A stretch of DNA of 60,271 nucleotides, the filler included, from Catajapyx aquilonaris (lineage: Eukaryota): NCBI GenBank assembly GCA_000934665.2. It is 4 parts of 4 records of this genome, joined end to end, with 100 filler letters (N's around TTAATTAATTAA, not from the genome) between each part and the next. Parts side by side here need not be neighbours in the genome. Positions count along the whole stretch, not along the records: positions 1 to 14,912 come from JYFJ02007657.1; 3 more parts are not named here. One strand, 5' to 3'. Below the pieces are notes generated by a model. The model was given only the letters and a program-made list of their open reading frames with translations. It ran no database searches and had not been told where the DNA came from. Positions 1 through 11,775 of the stretch are shown piece after piece. The first letter of the stretch is position 1; the number at the start of each line of letters is the position of its first letter. The position numbers and the translations under genes are program-made.

Positions 1-127
1 CTGTGTTCAGAGATACTACGTGAATTTTCGCCGATCCCCCCCTCCCCCTCCCCCGTGACCAACCGTGGTATATCAGCAGACCCCCCCCCTCCCCCCAAAA
101 CGGTCACGTGGTATATGGATGACCCCG
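1..127. mobile_element. End of a Harbinger-like MITE
   Basis: Terminus reads GGGGTCATCCATATACCACGTG on the minus strand with C-rich subterminal repeats. The other end is outside the window. Confidence 0.4.
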
Positions 128-926
128 TAGAGGGTTCACTGCCACGCTACCACGTAGCTACTGTACATCGTCGGGTACGTCTAATATAAACTTGGGGTTA
201 TTAACTCTTTTGACGCCAAGGACTCCATTGGCAGGCTGGTGAACCCAGAGAACTCCTTCTCAGAATAAATTCCAATCTTTTTATAACTAGGCTTACCACA
301 ATATCAAAGTACAGTAATGATGAGCATATTAAGCAATATTCCCTGATATCTGCAATGTTAATGTAGAATGCGAAAAGATTGCATGCATCACTGCTAATAC
401 TACTGTGGGTTGTTGCTTACATTCATACTTGAATCGACAAGGATGAATAGGGCCTAAGTTCACATTTTTCCATACAGAGAAATAGGTCAGTATGTTGCTT
501 ACCATGAGGGTGAATCAATGAATAATGTCCTAATCCCCATTGTGTCACACGAAAAGAGCCTATTCAGAAAAGAAGTCAAATCCACCAACTTAAAGACGTT
601 TATCACTTTCAGAATATGTTGACGAAGCACCAAGTGACTGGTGAATCAGTGTGACTGTGTGTAGTAAATGCTGAATTAGTTAATGTAATGAATATTTTTG
701 TTATTTCTGTGCCCATCCCGGGTTCATGGACCGCAGGTTTAGAACCCCCGTTTTAGTTTCCCCATTTTCTCCCGGTTATATCGTGACGTTGACTACTTCA
801 TGGCTGACTCCAATACAAATTAATTGGTCGTTTGTGCGAGCTGGCTTCTGGATTGCTTTGTGTCATGACACACACGAGGACACCGTGATGCTGAGCGCTG
901 GTCAAGCGGAAAGAAAGGGTGCGTAC

Positions 927-3900
927 CAAAACTACGAGGGCTGGAATGGGAGTGTATCGCTTGACGTTAATGAGCGCTAAAAACGTTGGCAGTTGACCAT
1001 CTCGAGCTCCGACGAAGAAGAGGCGCGAGCTGGCAAAAATGGCTCCGTTCAAGGCTCCGAATGTAGAGGACGCGACGAACACCGGCATTATCCATGACAT
1101 CATGCCCAGGAACTGGTCACCGAATGTCTGAAACGAGAGAATGTTACACAAAGAAGACGCCGTGCCGATGTGAACCAAATTGATTCTGTTTATTCACTAT
1201 ACCGAGTCAATATTTGTACGAGCGATGATTCCAGAAAAACCCGATATCTAAAAAAAGGCCGCCTGGGAAAAGTGGCACTTGGGGTGTGAGAAAGCATTGG
1301 TCATGCTCTGTAGGTTTCTCGGAGGGTGAATAGGTTTTGGAAAAGTGCGCAGAGTAGATATTAGAAAAAGTAAACATGCACATGTTGCATATTACTCATG
1401 TTCATTATTATTTTAAGCGATGCCTTTTAATTTGCATGTCCCATTTCCGTCTTTTAGTATTAGGCCTGTATCTGACCAGACTCGCCAAATAGCAATGCAG
1501 TTTCATGTTTCCCATTTTCTGCTTTCGTTATCAGAGTGACCTTCCTATATGACACTTACCACAGCCACTGCATTGGAAGCCAACATTTCGTCCTTTGTCA
1601 ACACCACGAAGTAGGCCACATTGGCCATCACGTAAATGAGGGTCACCAACGGAACAGATATTACTATGGCGCGAGGGAGATTCCTGGAAACATGAACCGA
1701 ATTAGTACCTGGCAGTATGACATAATTATACCGATTCTCAACTCACCTGTATGGATTTTTCAACTCTTCCGTCACGAAATTTAACGAATTCCTGCAAAAG
1801 AAGAGTGTTCTTGTAAAACACAACACGTATCAATAAAGTTTCGGACATCCCGGCGTATGCAATAGCGACGCCCTATCAGGTTCACTTCTCTAGAGTGCTG
1901 ATGGTTGCCTATCCCCAGGATATTGTCTCTATTTATTTATTTTGCTCAGGGATGGAAAAAGAACCGCTTCTTTGGGCGGTAAGCGGTTCTTTTTCTATCC
2001 CTGCACATGGAAAAAAGAAGCGCTTCTTGGAAGGAAGCGGTACTTTTTCCATCCCTGATTTTGCTGCATTCAAACTCCCAAAAAGTTATAGACGAACTCG
2101 GATGAAAAGTCAGCTCCCACCCACCGTCTTATCTAAAGTCCAGTCAACCCACTGTGATAACTGAGGGCGATAAGAATTTCATCTTGGTTAGTCTACGACT
2201 CTACGTAATAGACTCACTCTTACCAGCCGGCATATGAGAACAGGCCCGAGTAAAACGCCAGCGCGATGTACCCAGGGGATGTCTTGGTCCCTTCAAATGG
2301 CCTGTCCAGATTCTCCGTCTTACCCATGCACAGAATGGTCAGTCCAGCAATGATGATGATGATCAGAGATATTACTTTGGTGAATGTGAAGATTCCCTGT
2401 ACTTGAGCAGTCAGTTTCACACTCCAGCAGTTAATGACAGTCAGTAAACCTGTCAAGAAGGTAAGATGCTCGTTTACTTTAATCGAAAGGCTGAGTTTGC
2501 ACCGAGGTTTACACTGATCCCTGTCTTGCCGGAATCCACCAATCAGCGTGCGCTTGTTGAAATCTACCAATCAGTGAGCGCCACGCGGATCATGCTGATT
2601 GGTGGTCCGAGTGGCGCGCACTGATTGGTAGATGCCGACAAGCGGCACGCTGATTAGTGGATTCCAACAACAACTAAGACAACGACCAGTGTGAACCGCT
2701 TAATTGTCAGGAGTCTTACATATGACCACAGCTGCTAGAAGACGAATGGCTTCTTCAGGAGGCTCGCACGTTGGCCACATTGGCTGCAGGGTGTAGTAAG
2801 AGAAGGTGAGTCCCGCGATAGCGTTTCCGGTGGGAAATATAATGAGGAGCGCCACCCACAGGTACAGGAATGCAGGTAGAGGACCAAATGCCTCCAGGAT
2901 ATAGGCATAGTCTCCCCCAGATTTGGGGATCATCGTCCCTGAAACAAGTAATTGGGTATCAATAACACGTCTGACTTTATAAAAAAAAAAAACCAAGAGC
3001 AGATTACTGCATGCGACCCTTCGATATGCGTCAAGGCTGACCGGTCATTTATTTGTCGAAAACCGTATCACAGATGCATACGATGCCTAGCGGGGGGCGA
3101 TGGAGGTAACAACTCCACAAAAAAGTGTACACCAGTTCCTGGAACCGGGTGGTTCCACCAGGGACTCTGTAGGTGCCACGAAGTATAGTTACCCCCTCTG
3201 CGGGGGGTCAAAGGCATACACACACATAGAAGGCGGGCGGAAATGTCCAGTTAGGTCTCATATCAGCATCCCTCTCAACACAAACGTGTCGCCATGGCTG
3301 TTCACTAGGCATTCTTCGATGCTGATGCAACCAAGGTGACAAGAATGCGTATAGGTGGAGTTTCAGGATTGAGAAATCATAAGGCGCGACCAGACTCACA
3401 ACAAAATGTCAGTCCCCCAGTTTATTTTCCATTTTGAGGGGAAAGGGAGCAATTAGACTTGTTTGTGAGCCATAATGGGCGTCTGCGTAGAGCATTAATT
3501 GAGGGCAGTGTGCAAATAGAATTCCATAGATGAGTGTGACAAACAAGATGTAATCTCAGTATACCCTTGCCCATAGCGAGAGGCAGTCACCTCGTGTGGC
3601 ACTTGATCCCATCAAATGGGCTTGATCAGTCTTTGATCATATCGGACGCCTATGTATCAGCTCGATTGGGGGCTGACCATTGGTGCCGGTGGGTATACAT
3701 CTTCAAACACTTATGGGCAGTGTGTTATCTTGGGATGAAAAACTTCTGTGGTGATGGAGTCAGCATGGATGGATCAAAATAGGCGGGTACATATTATAAT
3801 CGCGGAGTTTTCAGATAGTGGTACAAACTTTGCTCTGGTCGTTACACTGCTAATTACTGGGTGGAAGTTTCCTATAGGAATGATATGAGTTGGCCATAAT

Positions 3901-6063
3901 AGTGCAATGTCCAGTTGGCCGAATAAAAAAATGGCGACACTCGGATTTATCCCTCGAAAGTGCATTCTGATTATTATGAAAGTGATGTATGGACCTTTGT
4001 CATTGCTCGTGTTTTTTAGGCATGTGTAAAATTGCTGATCTGCCAAGTGTTTACCGGCCTACAACAGTCGAGGAGTCGGACAATCAGATCAATCTTGGCC
4101 GATCGTACTTTTTAGTCAAAATATCGGTTACTTTGTAGGTTTATTCCGGAATAGTATAAACTTCTCAAGGTTACTGTTACAGGTGGTTACAACAGGTGGT
4201 TACTCCTCCAGTCCTCTGTTTTCGATCAGGTTATGGAAAGTTACTTCTTGATTACTCTGTTTATTCTTAAGTTGCCGACCTATGTAAACTATACGTAAAG
4301 TATCCTATCCGAAAATCGAACCCGATCACTTCATTGAATTAAACTTGCATCAGCAAATCTGCCGGTTCAATGACTCAATCGCCGTCCACTCTTTGTCAGC
4401 ACCGCGCCGATACCCCTCCAATATCTACTAAAAGGTCAATATTGACCCAATTGAATCGGTGCTGCGATTCCAAAGTCTACTGGAACAATTAGGTCGAATA
4501 ACTCACCTAATTCCGCATAGCAGAGTGCTCCTAGTGTGGACAGTCCACCGGAGACAACCCAAACGATGAGGGCCACCCCGACTGACCCTGCGGATTGCAG
4601 CACACCTTTGGGCGACACAAAGATACCCGCACCGATGATAGACCCGATGATCATGTTCACACCGTCCAAGAGGCCCAGGGCCTGCTTGAGTTGCACTTTT
4701 TCCTTGCCCGGTTCCCCGGCATTGCCACCCTGCAAAAGCAAGGCAATTGTTAGTTCAAATAGTTCCAAGAACGAGTGTTCCAGTACATTGTTACTGGGAC
4801 CATCTTGCTGGGGCGACATCGCTGGGCAAACTGGACACTCTCAATGCTGGAAAACGGTGACGAGTGTTCCGGGCAACATGCTTTAATGACCGCCCCCTTC
4901 TGATGGCCCTTATCTTAATGAGTTTTCTCTCTTGTTTTTCCATTCAATCCGGCCTTCTCAGATGTGTGTACAGTACGGTTCAAAATACTTGACAGATCGA
5001 ACTGATTGTTTTCATGGTGTTTCAATACTGCCGGTTTAAGTACGCAATGTACGGAAGAGAGAGAAAAAAATTGTGCAGCATTCACCTATTCAACCCTGGT
5101 TAGAAAGGGTCGACCTTCCAACTCTCTCTGGTGAGCTACTTATTCCGATGTACTTATGGACAATTGTGCTGTCCATTGCACTTAACCCTTTGAATGGACG
5201 AATCTGGCAACATGCAAGGCTTCTCACTTGACAGTGTACGTGATCCGTGCAGAATGACAAAAAAATGGCCTTAGAGATAGGGTGGACAATAACATGTTTG
5301 AGATCAAGTTTTGCATATACGCGCGTCAGGCGTTTAAAACGTCACGGATTTTTTTTTCCATGCAAACGGATGTTAAAAAAACGTCCAGTATATCACGTGC
5401 GTTCTTGTACGTAATGAAATTTTGTAATTCACTGTTATTTCCGCCTTAATTTATTCAAACATCTGCCCTTTTGAGTTGGCACGGTTGGCACTATTTAATA
5501 TTAAGTCAAATTAATTCAGATTATTAACTAACAGTGATTTTCACTTATTCGTCCTATATAATTGCTCAATCTGACTGAGTTTTAAAATTCGGCTCACACT
5601 TGAAGTTGACAATTTCACTCCAAATTTTTAGAGTGTACGTGTACGCACGGTCAGCGACCGGCCATAAAAATTTCCCTAGTAAATGGGCCGAAAAGTCTAC
5701 CCGTCATAATTATTATCCGTCTGCAGTTGCACCAATTAAGCATCTCGATAACCCCGATGTCACCATGCGAGTGCGTATCGGCTCCAAAGATCAAAGGACG
5801 GCCTTTAGGATACGGATCAGATCTTGTGACACTAGATGAAGCTTGTCAGTAGTGACAAGTGTGATTAATGGAAGTCTAGTGAGGATACCCTCAGCCCACA
5901 TTAGAGCACATCCGCGCGAAAGACAAGCCCGACCTTCGACACTGTTGTGTCAGGACAGCTTCCGGGGTGGGTCCCGCACTGGTAGTGGTCAGGTATTGTT
6001 GGGAGTATCACCCACCTGCATCTGCTGCTTTTCCTCCTGGGTGCCTGGCTCGGTGGTTCCCAT
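927..6063 (-). CDS. SLC7-family L-type/y+L amino-acid transporter light chain (LAT/y+LAT, JhI-21/minidiscs-like); 3' exons not located in window
   Basis: Phase-consistent GT-AG exons: 6016-6063 ([16 protein letters not shown]), 4507-4729 ([27 protein letters not shown]), 2720-2938 ([16 protein letters not shown]), 2224-2449 (GLFSYAGW), 1747-1791 ([15 protein letters not shown]), 1560-1683 (NLPRAI), 927-1127 ([15 protein letters not shown]). These are hallmark SLC7 LAT motifs. Confidence 0.95.
1946..2058. repeat. Small palindromic MITE in SLC7 intron
   Basis: TCAGGGATGGAAAAAG...CTTTTTCCATCCCTGA inverted termini with internal AAGCGGTTCTTTTT repeats. Confidence 0.7.
2532..2664. repeat. Palindromic element with repeated CCAATCAG motifs
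   Basis: GAATCCACCAATCAGCGTGCGCTTGT...ACAAGCGGCACGCTGATTAGTGGATTC, an imperfect hairpin of about 130 bp. Confidence 0.75.
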
Positions 6064-6259
6064 GTTGGTATGGTCCAGCAGCAGGATCTGTTACCACAAC
6101 CGTCCCGGGTGCCCCTTCCCACGTGACTGTATACCGACTGGCAGCACGTTGCTTCTCCGCTTGACCACTCACTGACCAGCGCCCTAGCAGGCCACCACCA
6201 CCTCTGACTCGTCCTTCGCCTTTTCCGTTTCTTCATTGCTTTCGGGCCATCGCCAGCAT
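6016..6259 (-). promoter_or_regulatory. Candidate 5'-leader uORFs of the SLC7 gene: uORF1 MLAMARKQ* (6259-6233) and uORF2 starting 6236 (MKKRKRRRTSQRWWW...), overlapping the main ATG out of frame
   Basis: Both ATGs lie between a plausible acceptor (cag at 6332-6330) and the main ATG at 6063. The uORF1 TGA overlaps the uORF2 ATG (ATGA). Exon structure is inferred, not shown by transcript data. Confidence 0.5.
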
Positions 6260-7028
6260 AGATGTGTGGTGTGGTATAGAGGGCCCCCGATTATGATAAT
6301 TGCTGGATGTCACCAGGAAGAAGTGATGCCTGTCGATGGGAGATTCGTTTATGGGACGGGAGTCTTGGCCTTGAGAGGATTATGCAAATAGGGACATAAC
6401 TACGTCCGGATGGCGCATTTTTATGACAGAAATCGGAAGTGCGACGGGTTCTAGTCGGAAACAATTATCTGTTTAACCTTTTGGAGAAAATATGAATAAA
6501 TTGCATTCGATTAAAAATTATTGATTGTGGCAACAGAGGTTATATAAGTTCAAATTAACATCAAGTCCATAGCAAACAACGAGATACTTTATCAGTGTGT
6601 GATTTGCATAAGTAATGTAGACATAGCGATAAAACTACTCATACTGAGTACATCCTGACTCAAGTACTGTAATTAGTTGGCGGTTCCACAATTAGTCAGT
6701 ACTACCTACTCATCGTGATTAATAAAATAAATTAGCAAAATTGATAATTTACTGAAATAAAACCCGTAGCAATATAAATCGAATATTAAATGAAATAACT
6801 TAAGCCAAATTAATACTAAAAATGATAATAATATTAACGAGAATACAATAAAAGCATCGTTGGCATGATCCGTCCGTCAAGGAAACCCAATACGTCAAGC
6901 ATTCACCATGTTCACCACATGTGCACATGTAACACGTTCGCCATATAAATGTACCATATGTTCTAGCACTGAATCTGCATACCCACGTATTTCACCACAT
7001 AGGCCTATCATTCAAAGCCTTTCTCTGC

Positions 7029-7998
7029 CACGTGATGCCACATCCCCATCTAAATCACTCCGGAACAAATTGCGTGCCTGGCAAAATCATGCCTGCCCTT
7101 ATTCCCCCAACTCGAACCGGTTCTCCCGGGCCACTCCTCGAGTATAATAAAGAGCTGCGGTAACTCCTCAGTGGTATTGCGTAAGCCCAGACAGTTTGCC
7201 CTCAGGACCCCTCACAGACGCGGCGTGCCTCTCGAGGGCAACCAACCGACTTAACCTTGGTCAATTTGTGCCAATCTGCACTTTCTTCATGGCCGAACGG
7301 ACCCTGACCCTGCTTGTTCCAAATTTTTATATATTAATACACATATAGTACGTCCCACGTGGAAACACACGTGTCTGAAGGCTGACCGATATCATGGTTT
7401 CCGGCATCCTTATCACACTTCTGATGCAACAAACCGTGTGAAACGTAACACCGCGCCTAATATAGCCGGCCGGACACGTACTCACCATTGAATGAAACGT
7501 GCAGAGAGCCGCACGTGGTTCCTCTCTGTGGTGTGACCCAAAGCGTAAAACCCGATCCACCCGGGAGCCTCCTCGTTCGTTCCTGGGTTCCAAAATAGAG
7601 CTTCCCAATAAAGAGCGTCGGAGGGATTTCTGTGCTGCTGTGCCCTTCTGGTATAGTAGGCCCCACTTTTTCCCTCCCTAGTACAACTCACGCCGCCTGA
7701 TGGCGAATCCCTGGTTTTTTGCCCAACTGGTTGCTGTACCGGCACCTGCTTGGGGTGACGCAAGAATGAACACTGGAGCTAGGCGGGAAAAAGTGAGGAT
7801 GTGGCCGAGCTCTTTATTATCCTGAGAGATAGGGTGTTTGCGTCACGTTGTATCTGAATATACACTGTAGTATGTATAGATCGTAAATGCGGCGTACAAT
7901 TGTGTGGGAGTGTGTTGGTATCGTGTATGTTGGGTAACTTGTGTTTCTGAAATGCGTCTCGTGTTTGGCAGCGGTGTTGTTTTGGTCGGAAGCACGTG
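7029..7998. promoter_or_regulatory. Probable SLC7 promoter / non-coding first-exon region with E-boxes and C/EBP-ATF composite sites
   Basis: CACGTG at 7029, 7356, 7368, 7512 and 7993. TGATGCAA at 7422. TGACGCAA at 7756 (+) and 7838-7845 (-). Minus-strand GTGAGT donors near 7485 and 7691. CpG-rich. Confidence 0.5.
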
Positions 7999-8629
7999 CC
8001 TTGCCTATAGCTCAAATACGTTGTTCATTTACCGAACAGAACAATGCTTAGGTCTTTAATGGCATGAATAGTGCTGTCAATACTAAGCAAGTGGTATCGA
8101 GATGTTAAAGAAATTATCGGGCTTTATTTTACATGAAAGCTTCCAATTTTTTTTGCAATAGTATTATATTAGCCAATTTGGCCCGCCCCCTCTTTGCTCT
8201 TTGGGCTGGGGACTCTGGGCCCAATAATACTGACTTTTAAATTTCAAATTTTGTGCAATAGAAATGAGCAAATTTGGGGCACCATATTTGGGTCGGGGGC
8301 CTGCTGGGGCCCGTTGGCCCATTTGTGAAGACCGGTGCTTTCTCTCCTGTCTGTATGCACTGTGAGGCTTCGTTAATAATTTCCAAACCACACACTAATT
8401 ATTCGTTCACCGCGAAAATTCAACGACCACTCGAGATTTGGCTAAAAATGCGTACAAACAGGGTGCTCGGAAGTTGCCCACTAGCCCACGTACTAAAAAA
8501 GGGACCCCTAGACGAAATTTAGAAAGGCCTGAAAATGGACCTTTGGCGAATAATTGTTTTCGGTTATTGGAAGTGGTCTATACATCAAAAGACAGAGGAA
8601 GATAAGGAGAATACAACTATGGAATTAGT

Positions 8630-8631
<2 letters not shown>

Positions 8632-8707
<76 letters not shown>

Positions 8708-9113
8708 GATACCCCATACTTAGGGCAGTTGTTTCCAACCTTTTACCAATTGCGACCCCCTAAACATGTTTCCATAAATGTGCGAGCCCCCCCCCCTCCC
8801 CGGCCCTTTCTACAACTGACCAATTTCCAGAAAACATACACTCTGTGCGGCCGCAATAATGGTTCAATTTACACAGAAATTGCAAAAAAAAAGTCGAACA
8901 AAGGCTCCAGACCCCCCCGCAACCCTGCCCGCGACCCCCAGGTTGGAAACCATTGTCTTAGGGGATCATCTTTTAAATATCCGACTTTAATCATTGCCTG
9001 CGCTGTGATGGATTTTGATTGTGGGAGGAAACGGGAGAGTCCCGAGAAAACCCACGCGCACACGGAGCCTGAGAGGTGGAAGACTGTGGCGCTAACCACT
9101 CGGCCACCGTGAC
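8632..9113 (-). mobile_element. tRNA-derived V-SINE-like element with (ATT)n tail
   Basis: A-box TGGCCGAGTGG. V-domain-like GCGTGGGTTTTCTCGGGACTCTCCCGTTTCCTCCCAC. Near-perfect TSD ATGRAATTAGTTT at 8619 and 9114. Same family as 22867-23176. Confidence 0.8.
8726..8955. mobile_element. hAT (Charlie-like) MITE inserted in the SINE
   Basis: TIRs CAGTTGTTTCCAACC / GGTTGGAAACCATTG; 8-bp TSD ACTTAGGG/TCTTAGGG. Confidence 0.8.
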
Positions 9114-11400
9114 ATGAAATTAGTTTTCCTCGAATATGTAACCAGAAAATGAGAAAAACGTCTGGCATTCCATCGGTCACATGTATCAAAATTTGGTCCC
9201 CCTAAAATCACGAGGGCTACACCAAAATGATTTACTTTTTTTTTGCCGAAAATACAGGGCCCATGCAGGTCGGAAAACCTTCCCTGTGACGCAGGTGATA
9301 CTACCTTGGAACCTGGCGTCACAGAAACCTCTCCAGGCCCCCTAAGAGGGAGAGCGTTCTTAAGTAGTCATTTCTGACCCTCTTAAATATAGTAGAGCTT
9401 TTATCTTGGCCATGGGCAGAGAAGGGAGTGCAATTCTGCCCGGACATGTCAGGTGAAAAGGTGGAAAATACCCGACGAAGTGAAGGTGACTGCCTGACGC
9501 GGTTGCCTGCTGAGGTTGACCACTGCCAGTGCCAGTGAATTCTGCTCCAGAAGGATTCTATCTATAATGTGTGCCTATTTTTCAACCTGCATGGGCGTTG
9601 TGTCTGTGGCAAAAAAGAACAACAAAAAAAAACAATTTGTAAATCATTTTGGTACCACCCTCGTAGTAATAAATCTGCGAAACATCCCTCGCAAGCCATA
9701 TACCCCGCTTCAAATTGAACATAATATTAAACCTTATGTGGGTCACAACTTGTGACACCAAATATGACTGACGTTACTCAAACTCATCACTAATTGTCGG
9801 GGTACAAATTCTTGGACATGTGACTGAGCATGTGACCAATAGAATACTTCACACGTTTTTCTGGTTACATTTTTGAGGAAAATTACTTTCCTAGTTGCAG
9901 TTTTCTCGTCTTTTTATTTCGTTTGATATCTATATTTATTTAGTTTTGACCAATTCCATCACTAACCGAAAAAGTTTTTCCAAAAAGGGCGTCATTTTAG
10001 CACTTTCCAAAATTTCGCGAATTTACCTCTCCCCACGTAATACGTGGGGGAGAGGTAAATTCGCGAAAATAGGAGTGACATTTTCAGGATTTGTAAATTA
10101 AAATATGGACTCGTGGCTAATCGTGGCATGTCATGCCATTCCAATGTGTGGCGGGCTGATACGTCATAGCTGAGTCTGGCAACATGTGTTTATGGTCACC
10201 TCCATCTGGCCACCCTCACCCTGCACTTCAAGTTGATGATCAAGTTTGCAGAGTGGCTTCTCCTCAACATTTCCTCAGTTTTGACTGGTTTTTTCCTGGA
10301 AATGCACGGTGCCATGTCACGTCGCGTCGAGGAACAGTCCATCCGGTACTGGTACGATGCATCTCATGTGGAAGCAGGGTTGTTCGTCGGTACCTACCCG
10401 AATGGGCCGGAAAGAACCTGTGCTGCTAATCATCTGGCGTACCACTCATGTGTCAGATGGGACTGGTTGGTTCTCTTATTGTTCATTCGCTGTCATGTGT
10501 CCTATAATCAGATCCACTTGCAGAGAAGAAGCAGTAGCACTGCCAGCAGCACCAGAAAAGGAGAAGCACTGCACTCTTCAGCTGTGGGTCACCATTACTG
10601 CCACCTCCACCGACGTGGCTGGGTCTTCTGGTCATGCCAGGCTGAACATGCACATCTAGATGGCCTCAATGAGTGGAACTGTGGTGGGTATGGGTATTTT
10701 TACACTAACAATGTGTTTGAGGTGATGCCATGATGGCATGTAGGTGCAACCTACATGTATAAATATGCACTTGATGTGAACAAAAATCATCAGAATCAAA
10801 TATGAAGATCATTCGAGGGAATTCTGACAGTGACTGCACCGTTCAATACAAATTCATTCTCACGAAGGGAAATCAAGTAACACTAGGCAGAGTATCTAAG
10901 AGAAACTTATTTCAATTATAACTCTCCTATCAGTATTACATGGGTGTTGGTAAATCTGAGAAACAACTCTCAAAAGATTTGGCTCAATGACTATAGGTTT
11001 GTCTTTTCACCGAATGAAATTTGTATACCCTTTGTAATACGTTCATGAATTTAGATCTGTTCCATATTCTGTATGACTGCCAATTTTTCCAGAACGAGAG
11101 GTCATTTTTCCTAAAAGATTTTCCGCAAATCCCACCGCAGGATGTATTCTTTATTTTTGTTAACATCCCGGAATTCCGACTACATCAATTATGTTAATTT
11201 TTCTGTGCAGCAAGCGGTAAACTCAAATTCTGTGATATATCCTGGACACTGTAAAAAGGGGAATCCCCCGCCCATACGGCAAACTGGCCCAAGGCGGGGC
11301 AATGAACATTATTATTATTTTTATTTATTTATTTATTTATTTTTTAAAGTAACACTAGGCAAATAAGCAATTGGTTGGTTAGAAGCAAGAGTCATGGGAG

Positions 11401-11466
11401 CAGTGGCGGACACCCCCCCCCCCCCCCNCCCCCCCCCCCAAACCACAACATCTAGATCCGCCACTG
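11401..11466. mobile_element. Tiny hAT-like MITE
   Basis: CAGTGGCGGA...TCCGCCACTG with 8-bp TSD CATGGGAG/CACGGGAG. Confidence 0.7.
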
Positions 11467-11775
11467 CACGGGAGTGGAGGGAAACTCTCTTCTAGATGGT
11501 GAAGCATCTGTATTTTGTGACATCACACATAAACACTGAATTATAAATGCATAAAACACGTATAAAAGTATAAAGCATGCATCAAAAGCATACACATGCA
11601 TCAAAACTGATTTTCTCATAAACAACTGTTAGCTGACAAACATTGGCAGGAATGGCTTCAGTGCCAGAATCAGGTCGCAAATGAATCCTGTGGTTGTGAG
11701 AACAAATCTGGCTCTTGGTGCCTGCAGGCGCAGCCATGCATTTCAGGATAAAAGGAAAATGCAAACACGTCTTTT

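Noticed and set aside
5901..6236. 111-aa ORF as an independent gene
   Set aside because: It crosses the SLC7 exon-1 donor at 6015; better treated as a leader uORF.
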